Source of the DNA: Chrysomallon squamiferum
Taxonomy: Eukaryota > Animalia > Mollusca
Length of the DNA stretch: 64,000 nucleotides
Direction of reading: 5' to 3'
NCBI GenBank assembly: GCA_012295275.1
Contig: CM022677.1
Location: forward strand, 21,700,001 to 21,764,000
Shown: one piece after another, positions 63,563 through 64,000 of the stretch
How positions within the stretch are numbered: the first letter of the stretch is position 1
How the letters are laid out: every line of letters begins with the position of its first letter
The notes under the pieces: generated by a model
Seen by the model: only the letters and a program-made list of their open reading frames with translations
The model's database searches: none
Told to the model about the DNA's origin: nothing
Translations under genes and position numbers: made by a program

Positions 63563-64000
63563 TAAGTGTTGCTGTACGTAAAATCAATTTTGTTATTTTT
63601 TTAATCATCTTTATTCTTTAAAAAATAAAAAATAAAAATCTCAGATCGTCTTGTTTTATATTTTTGACATTTCTCTGACAGTAGTTTTACTGTCGTCAGA
63701 CAATGCTTCAACACATTTTGATTATGTTGACTATGCACAGTAAAATAAACGACATAGTCTATATTATAAAAATAATAATGATGATGAAGATGATGATAAT
63801 ACTTAGGGTAATGATAATAATAATAATGTTAATAATAATAATACACACACACAGACAATCACTAAATTTAGACGTGACTAGACAGAGATAAGAACGTCAC
63901 GTCATTTCTATTTATAGATCAGGAATTCCCCCCCCAAAATATTAGTACTTTGTTTACTGGTTCCCCTGACAACAGATATATGTATAGTATTTTTCTGACA

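Overview
AT-rich, microsatellite-dense animal genomic DNA with spliceosomal GT-AG introns. An invertebrate, possibly a mollusc, is my inference only. From left to right: (1) a probable last coding exon of an upstream gene ending in -SKL (PTS1) at 389-432; (2) about 16 kb of nested, decayed tandem duplications (3.3-18.7 kb) containing short exon-like units on the minus strand; (3) a ~1.05-kb inverted-repeat element; (4) a two-coding-exon RING/coiled-coil/beta-propeller TRIM-like gene (+, 23032-25024) with a 1-nt frame lesion; (5) a giant five-exon minus-strand gene (57025->28816). Its ~24.1 kb of coding-like sequence (~8,000 aa, including one ~13-kb exon) encodes a signal-peptide-bearing, almost Cys-free protein of about 15 different tandem-repeat blocks, broken by a dozen or more frameshifts or stops; (6) a divergent five-exon LRMDA/C10orf11-like LRR gene (+, 58378-63125). 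Its first intron has U12 (minor spliceosome) signals, and three of its splice sites are tandemly amplified (x3, x17, x4). All models were read by eye and no database searches were run.
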